Positions 59,184-64,000 of a stretch of 64,000 bases of DNA are shown here, piece by piece. The notes beneath the pieces were generated by a model. That model did not search any database and was not told the origin of the DNA. It saw nothing but the letters and a program-made list of their open reading frames with translations. Numbering within the stretch: the first letter of the stretch is position 1; each line of letters begins with the position of its first letter. The stretch spans positions 1,017,762-1,081,761 of the forward strand of contig CAWEQB010000012.1 of assembly GCA_963811115.1 (NCBI GenBank). Reading direction: 5' to 3'. The position numbers were made by a program, and so were the translations under genes. This DNA is from an uncultured Gammaproteobacteria bacterium. GTDB taxonomy: Bacteria > Pseudomonadota > Gammaproteobacteria > Steroidobacterales > Steroidobacteraceae.

Positions 59184-59840
59184 TCAGCGGCTGCCCGCTG
59201 CGGCGCCTCGCTTGGGCCGGCGGACAGTTCTCACCTTGCCGGTGCTGCCGCCCCCGCAGAAGAAATGATCGCGGCCGTCGGACTCGAGCCCGGTGACATG
59301 CACTCCGGGCGGCATCTCGAGCTGCTCGAGCACTTCGCCCGTTCCAGGATCGACTCGCCGCAAATCGCTTTCATCGCCCTCCCAGGTGCCGTGCCAGAGT
59401 TCTCCGTCGACCCAGGTGACTCCGGTGACGAAGCGGTTGGACTCGATGGTGCGGAGAATCGCTCCGGTCTCGGCATCGATTTGAAAGATCTTCCGATTCC
59501 GATACTGGCCCACCCAGAGCGTGCCTTCGGCCCAGGTGAGGCCCGAGTCCCCGCCGCCTCCGGGCGCCGGAATCGTGGTGAGCACGCGGCCGGTTTTTGG
59601 ATCGATCTTCTGGATGCGATCCTCGGCGAGCTGAAACAGGTGCTGGCCGTCGAAGGCAGTTCCTGCATGCGCGGCGGCGTCGATCGAGCGCAGCGCCTTT
59701 CCGCTCGCAGGATCGAACGCGTTCAGCTTGTCTCCGGCGGCAAACCAAACATTTTGGCCGTCGTAGGTGACGCCATGCACCCGCTCGGTGCCGGGAAAGG
59801 GTCCGTACTCGCGGACGATATCGACAGTTGATTTACGCAT
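59184..59840 (-). CDS. Beta-propeller protein, glutaminyl-cyclase-like (assignment is tentative)
   Basis: 218 aa with repeated ..GVTYDGQNVWF.., ..GTAFDGQHLFQL.., ..GLTWAEGTLWVG.., ..GVTWVDGELWHG.. blades. There is no signal peptide. Confidence 0.45.
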   Translation of the reverse strand: MRKSTVDIVREYGPFPGTERVHGVTYDGQNVWFAAGDKLNAFDPASGKALRSIDAAAHAGTAFDGQHLFQLAEDRIQKIDPKTGRVLTTIPAPGGGGDSGLTWAEGTLWVGQYRNRKIFQIDAETGAILRTIESNRFVTGVTWVDGELWHGTWEGDESDLRRVDPGTGEVLEQLEMPPGVHVTGLESDGRDHFFCGGGSTGKVRTVRRPKRGAAAGSR

Positions 59841-59849
59841 GCCGCCATT

Positions 59850-61070
59850 CTAGTCAATCGGCAGCGACGCCGGGAGTAACAAAGTCGTCGTGAATCCCGG
59901 CACGGACGGGGATGTCCAGCGGCGAGCTCGCCCGCGACCAAATGACCGGACCTTGCCGGCTGCCGCAAGCGTGTCGAGCGCCCGTTGCGCGGTGCGCTGG
60001 CTTGTTCCCAGCGCGAGCGCGAGGGCCGAGCTCGACCACGATTCGCCATCGCCGAGGAAAGCGAGCGCCGTGGCATGTTCCTCTTCGGCGGGCAGGGTCA
60101 ACACGGCGACCTCGCGTGCGCGGCGTGGCGAGAGCGCAAAGCCTCGCGTCGTCGCGTTGACCTCGGCAATTGTTCGAAGCAGGGCGCGGAGCCGCCCGAC
60201 CTCGACTCGCAGTCGCGCGCGGTGCGATTCGTCGGCGAACCTCGACCGGAATGCGCGCGCGACCAGCGCGTTCCTCGGTACGTCCCCCGGCCATGCTTCG
60301 CCCAGCGCGCGTACGAGCGCGAACAACACCGGACGCTTCGCGAGCGAGATCACCGTGCCGGAGTGGCGCACGACATGTCGGCACGCGTCCACCACGAAAG
60401 TTTTCGACGCCAGCAACGCTTCGACCTCCTCGAGCAGGAGAGTGCGTTCATTGCCATCCGCAAGCAGGCGGGCGGCGGGCGCTTTCAGGACGAGGAGTGC
60501 GCCTGCAACCTCTGCCGTCAGCGCCGGGATGCGCGCGTGGCGCGCCGCGTGCTCGGCCCGAGCGAGTGCCTCTCTGGCGGTCTTGGTCCGCAGACGCCGC
60601 ATTGCAATCCCTGCGACCACCAGTTCGTAAGCCGCCCTCGACGCGGGGGGAAAGGGCGCAGGGTCCAATGCGGCGAGCGTGCGCTCGGCGTCCGCGATGC
60701 GCCCGATCAGAAGGAGGCGCCGCGCCTCCAGATACCGTGCATGCGCGGCATTTGCACGGTCGCCGTGCGCTTCGAGCATCACGCGTGCCGAGTCGAGCGC
60801 CTTGGCGGGCCAGCCGAGGTCGCGCGAGGCGAGCGCGATCTCGGCCTCGGCGACGACGCATCTCGCCCGGGCCACGGCCTCCCTTGAACCGAAGGCACGC
60901 GCCGCACTGCGCAGGAGAGTTTTCGCCCGAACGTGATCGCCGAGCTGTGCCATTGCGACGCCCCGAAGCGCGAGGGCCGGCGCATCATCCCGCAGGGCGA
61001 CGCGCTTCAAGGCGCCGAGCGGATCGCCCGCCGCGAGCGCGCGCGCCGCGGCAGTGATCAGCGAGTCCAT
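59850..61070 (-). CDS. Putative transcriptional regulator (helical repeat N-terminus, OmpR/SARP-like winged-helix segment, C-terminal HTH-like segment)
   Basis: 406 aa. ...VVDACRHVVRHSGTVISLAKRPVLFALVRALGEAWPGDVPRNALVARAF... resembles a winged-helix DNA-binding domain. C-terminal ..SSSALALALGTSQRTAQRALDTLAAAGKV.. is HTH-like. Confidence 0.4.
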   Translation of the reverse strand: MDSLITAAARALAAGDPLGALKRVALRDDAPALALRGVAMAQLGDHVRAKTLLRSAARAFGSREAVARARCVVAEAEIALASRDLGWPAKALDSARVMLEAHGDRANAAHARYLEARRLLLIGRIADAERTLAALDPAPFPPASRAAYELVVAGIAMRRLRTKTAREALARAEHAARHARIPALTAEVAGALLVLKAPAARLLADGNERTLLLEEVEALLASKTFVVDACRHVVRHSGTVISLAKRPVLFALVRALGEAWPGDVPRNALVARAFRSRFADESHRARLRVEVGRLRALLRTIAEVNATTRGFALSPRRAREVAVLTLPAEEEHATALAFLGDGESWSSSALALALGTSQRTAQRALDTLAAAGKVRSFGRGRARRWTSPSVPGFTTTLLLPASLPID

Positions 61071-61163
61071 TGGAATCTCGTCACACTTGTAACTCCCATC
61101 CTTCGATACCCGATGCTTAGACTATCTCATGTCCGACAACAGCCGAAGGAAGGAGACACAGCA

Positions 61164-61928
61164 ATGACGAAGCACACAACCGCGACACGGGGCGATTGGC
61201 TGGCAGCGCGGCTCGAGCTGCTCGAGGCCGAGAAGGAACTTACACGGCGCAGCGATCAGCTGGCGCGGCGGCGGCAGGAACTGCCGTGGGTTCGAATCGA
61301 CAAGGAGTACCGATTCGAGACCGATGGCGGCAGCGCCTCGCTGGCAGACCTTTTCCAGGGCCGCTCGCAGCTCCTGATTTACCACTTCATGTTTGGACCC
61401 GACTATACGGCGGGGTGTCCGTCCTGCTCGATGATCGCGGATGGGTTCGAAGGCTTTGCCGTCCATCTGGCGAATCACGACGTCACGCTGTCGGCGGTAT
61501 CGCGGGCGCCGCTCGCGAAGCTGCAGGCGTACAAGCGGCGCATGGGCTGGACGTTTCCCTGGGTGTCCTCGTTCGGTAGCGACTTCAACTTTGATTTCAA
61601 CATCGCGTTCACCGAGGAGCAACAGCGCAAGGGGGCGATCGAGTACAACTACGAGCGCGGGGGCCACGCGATGGATGCCGCCCAGGTCCCGGAGCCCGTC
61701 GCACGGTTTGCGGCCACCTGCGGAACCGACGCAGCCACCTATACGCGCGACAGGCCCGGCTTGAGCACGTTTGTGATCGAGGACGGCGTCGTTTATCACA
61801 CCTATTCCACCTATGCGCGCGGATTGGACGGGCTCTGGGGCGCGTACCAGTGGCTCGACCGTGCGCCCAAAGGGCGCAACGAGAAGGGCATCTGGTGGCG
61901 TCGCCACGACGAGTACGGCCAGCGCTAA
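61164..61928 (+). CDS. DUF899-family thioredoxin-like protein
   Basis: ATG 61164 preceded by GGAGA, inside track ORF 60933-61928. ...WLAARLELLEAEKELTRRSDQLARRRQELPWV...LLIYHFMFGPDYTAGCPSCS...HDEY. Confidence 0.7.
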   Translation: MTKHTTATRGDWLAARLELLEAEKELTRRSDQLARRRQELPWVRIDKEYRFETDGGSASLADLFQGRSQLLIYHFMFGPDYTAGCPSCSMIADGFEGFAVHLANHDVTLSAVSRAPLAKLQAYKRRMGWTFPWVSSFGSDFNFDFNIAFTEEQQRKGAIEYNYERGGHAMDAAQVPEPVARFAATCGTDAATYTRDRPGLSTFVIEDGVVYHTYSTYARGLDGLWGAYQWLDRAPKGRNEKGIWWRRHDEYGQR

Positions 61929-62698
61929 TGCGCGAGAGCAGAGTCTTCTTCGGCATCTCGGCGCTGCTGTTCGCCGCCAGCGCGGCAGCGACTATCCTCT
62001 GGTGTGGGTCCATGTCCGGGGTGGGTGGGATGGCGATGCCCGGCGGCTGGACGATGTCGATGGCGTGGATGCGGATGCCCGGACAGACCTGGCCCGGCGC
62101 CGCGGCGTCGTTCCTCGGAATGTGGATCGTGATGATGATGGCGATGATGCTGCCCTCCTTGGTGCCGATGCTGTGGCGTTATCGCCAGGCCGTCGGCAGA
62201 ACAGGCGACAGGCGCCTTGGTCGACTGACCGTGCTGGTGGCTCTGGGTTATTTCTCCGTCTGGACCGTATTTGGAATGGTGGCTTTCCCGTTGGGCGCAG
62301 GGCTCGCGGCGATGGAGATGCAGCAGCCCGGGCTGGCGCGCGCCGTGCCGATCGAGGTCGATGTGGTCGTCCTGATCGTCGGCGCGCTGCAGTTCACCCG
62401 TTGGAAGGCACGTCAGCTTGCCTGCTGCCGGATGGCACCCGGGTGCCGGCGGGCGGAGGCCGGCACGGCGTGGCGACACGGCCTGCGCCTCGGCCTCCAA
62501 TGCGGCCGCTGTTGCGCCGGCCTGACGGCAATTCTTCTGGCCGTCGGCATCATGGACCTGCGCGCCATGGCGCTGGTGGCGGCCGCCACCACCGTCGAAC
62601 GCCTCGCACCGGCGGGTGAGCGCGTGGCAAGAGCCATTGGCGCCGTCGCCGTCGGAACAGGCCTGCTTCTGGTCGCGCGGACAGCCGGGTTCGGATGA
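61928..62698 (+). CDS. DUF2182-family predicted metal-binding membrane protein
   Basis: ATG 61928 overlaps the upstream stop (TAATG). Met-rich TM protein ...GMWIVMMMAMMLPS...LQCGRCCAGLTAILLAVGIMDL. Confidence 0.65.
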   Translation: MRESRVFFGISALLFAASAAATILWCGSMSGVGGMAMPGGWTMSMAWMRMPGQTWPGAAASFLGMWIVMMMAMMLPSLVPMLWRYRQAVGRTGDRRLGRLTVLVALGYFSVWTVFGMVAFPLGAGLAAMEMQQPGLARAVPIEVDVVVLIVGALQFTRWKARQLACCRMAPGCRRAEAGTAWRHGLRLGLQCGRCCAGLTAILLAVGIMDLRAMALVAAATTVERLAPAGERVARAIGAVAVGTGLLLVARTAGFG

Positions 62699-62739
62699 CG
62701 TGGCATACTGTTGGTGCACCCGGATGAGGAGAGCGGTCA

Positions 62740-63255
62740 ATGTCGAAGTCCACAAGACGCGTGGTCACGGGCCACGATGCCAGCGGAAAATCGGTCGTCC
62801 TGTCCGACGGTACTCCGCCGCAAAATCATCCGATGCACGGCCCGGCGATCGGTGCCGATTTTCATGAGATATGGAGCGATTCCGATACGATTCCTGAACT
62901 AACCTCGGTCGAAGCTCGGGAACCGAACGAGCGGGCATTCACCATCATGCCCGCCTCGGGCCACCTGCTGCGGCTCCTGGACGTCTATCCGCTCAAGGAC
63001 GGCGGCAAGCGAACCATGATGCATCGGACGCGGACGCTGGATTATGTGGTTGTGATCGAGGGCGAGCTCGTGCTGATTCTCGATGACAGCGAGGTGATCC
63101 TGAAGCCGGGGGATGTGGTCGTGCAGCGGGGTACGGACCACGCCTGGGAAAATCGCTCGCGCACAATCGCGCGCGCGGCGTACTTCCACATCGATGCACG
63201 GTTCAGCGAGGAATTGCTGGCCAAGTTACCGAAGCCCCTGGCGCTCCTCAGCTAA
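62740..63255 (+). CDS. Cupin-domain protein
   Basis: 171 aa. MHRTRTLDYVVVIEGELVLILDDSEVILKPGDVVVQRGTDHAWEN, a cupin beta-barrel motif. Confidence 0.65.
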   Translation: MSKSTRRVVTGHDASGKSVVLSDGTPPQNHPMHGPAIGADFHEIWSDSDTIPELTSVEAREPNERAFTIMPASGHLLRLLDVYPLKDGGKRTMMHRTRTLDYVVVIEGELVLILDDSEVILKPGDVVVQRGTDHAWENRSRTIARAAYFHIDARFSEELLAKLPKPLALLS

Positions 63256-63295
63256 GGAGCGCGGTAGGGAGTGCGTGTAGGGAGCGCGGGTCGGT

Positions 63296-63772
63296 TCAAC
63301 CGGCAGCTGCGCCGAAGAATTTCATCTGGATCGAGCCGCGGCGCTCGAGAATTTTCCACTCGCCGCCCTCGCGCACGAAGCGGTCCAAGATTTCGCCGAA
63401 GTAGACGGGTCCGGCCGAAACATACGGCGCGGCCCCATCCCCGGGGGGCGTCGTCGAGATCATGGTCAGATAGGAGAGACCTTGGGCCTCATCGCGGCTG
63501 ACGACATCGATCATCACATTGGTGGCCAGGTGCTTGGTCAGCAACGTCTTCGGTCGGGTCAACAGCGCGGCACGAATGGCCTCGCGGCCCTGGATCACCT
63601 TGTCGGGGGCCATGGGCCGGGCAAATGAGCCGTTCTCGGCGAAGAAGTCCGCCGCCGCGCTCATGTCGCCCAGGTCAAGGGCCCGCGAATAGGCGTAGAT
63701 AAGGCGTTCACAGGCACGTTCGATTTCAATGCGTTCTGCGGCGCTGGTTGTCGGCATCATGGTGGGCTCCAC
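63296..63772 (-). CDS. SnoaL-like/NTF2-fold protein
   Basis: 158 aa. ...IERACERLIYAYSRALDLGDMSAAADFFAENGSF...HLATNVMIDV... Confidence 0.55.
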   Translation of the reverse strand: MEPTMMPTTSAAERIEIERACERLIYAYSRALDLGDMSAAADFFAENGSFARPMAPDKVIQGREAIRAALLTRPKTLLTKHLATNVMIDVVSRDEAQGLSYLTMISTTPPGDGAAPYVSAGPVYFGEILDRFVREGGEWKILERRGSIQMKFFGAAAG

Positions 63773-64000
63773 TACGGATGATTAAAGGTCTCGGGCGCAG
63801 GCGGGGCGCGGCCGAGGATCAAGTCGCTGGCCTTCTCGGCGATCATGACGACCGCCGCGTTGGTGTTGCCGCCGATGATGGAGGGGAACACGGAGGCATC
63901 TGCGATGCGCACGTTATCCAGCCCCACGACCCGCAGCGCCGGGTCCACCACTGCCGCGGCATCCACGCCCATGCGGCAGGTACTGACCGGATGATGGACC
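63772..64000 (-). CDS. GMC-family oxidoreductase (choline-dehydrogenase-like), C-terminal part; the gene runs off the right edge
   Basis: The reverse frame is open to the window edge. ..[61 protein letters not shown].. is the GMC C-terminal signature. Confidence 0.8.
   Translation of the reverse strand, partial: VHHPVSTCRMGVDAAAVVDPALRVVGLDNVRIADASVFPSIIGGNTNAAVVMIAEKASDLILGRAPPAPETFNHP

Overview
This is a high-GC proteobacterial chromosome segment in two parts.

**Core block (1-36.3 kb).** This is housekeeping DNA whose gene order matches the Pseudomonas/E. coli core. It runs ETF-QO, crotonase and thiolase, then plsC-like, xerD, dsbC, fdxA, a Nudix gene and tRNA-Leu(CAA). It continues queA-tgt-yajC-secD-secF, then suhB/trmJ-iscS-iscU-like-iscA-ndk-rlmN-pilF-rodZ-hisS-yfgM-bamB-der, and ends with xseA/guaB-guaA. 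Departures from that synteny:
- A TerC protein and an APC permease sit between secF and suhB.
- The isc cluster is stripped down: no iscR, hscBA or fdx, and the IscU-like protein has lost two Cys ligands.
- ispG is absent between rodZ and hisS.
- A 1044-aa DUF748 protein, two bactofilins and an M23 peptidase are inserted between der and xseA.

**Frameshifts.** Between 29.9 and 36.3 kb all seven genes (bacA, bacB, M23, xseA, guaB, guaA) can only be read after removing single extra nucleotides. I count 11 shifts and all are +1. rodZ has one more. The most likely cause is local insertion-biased consensus error.

**Accessory region (36.3-64 kb).** From the guaA stop onward the DNA is visibly more AT-rich. 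It opens with four same-orientation copies of the guaA 3' end. These delimit three cargo cassettes with no integrase:
- a Tat-signal FMN dehydrogenase plus BrnTA;
- a cytochrome c-PQQ dehydrogenase, HigA with a decayed higB, and a thioredoxin-like::ArsA fusion;
- one orphan ORF.

After the array come gene fragments, transporter and stress genes, a LysR/MFS pair, a large repeat/beta-propeller lipoprotein divergent from an orphan 503-aa protein, a DUF899/DUF2182/cupin group, and a partial GMC oxidoreductase.

I saw no rRNA, CRISPR array, transposase or integrase. All calls come from reading the translations. Start codons and frameshift positions are approximate.
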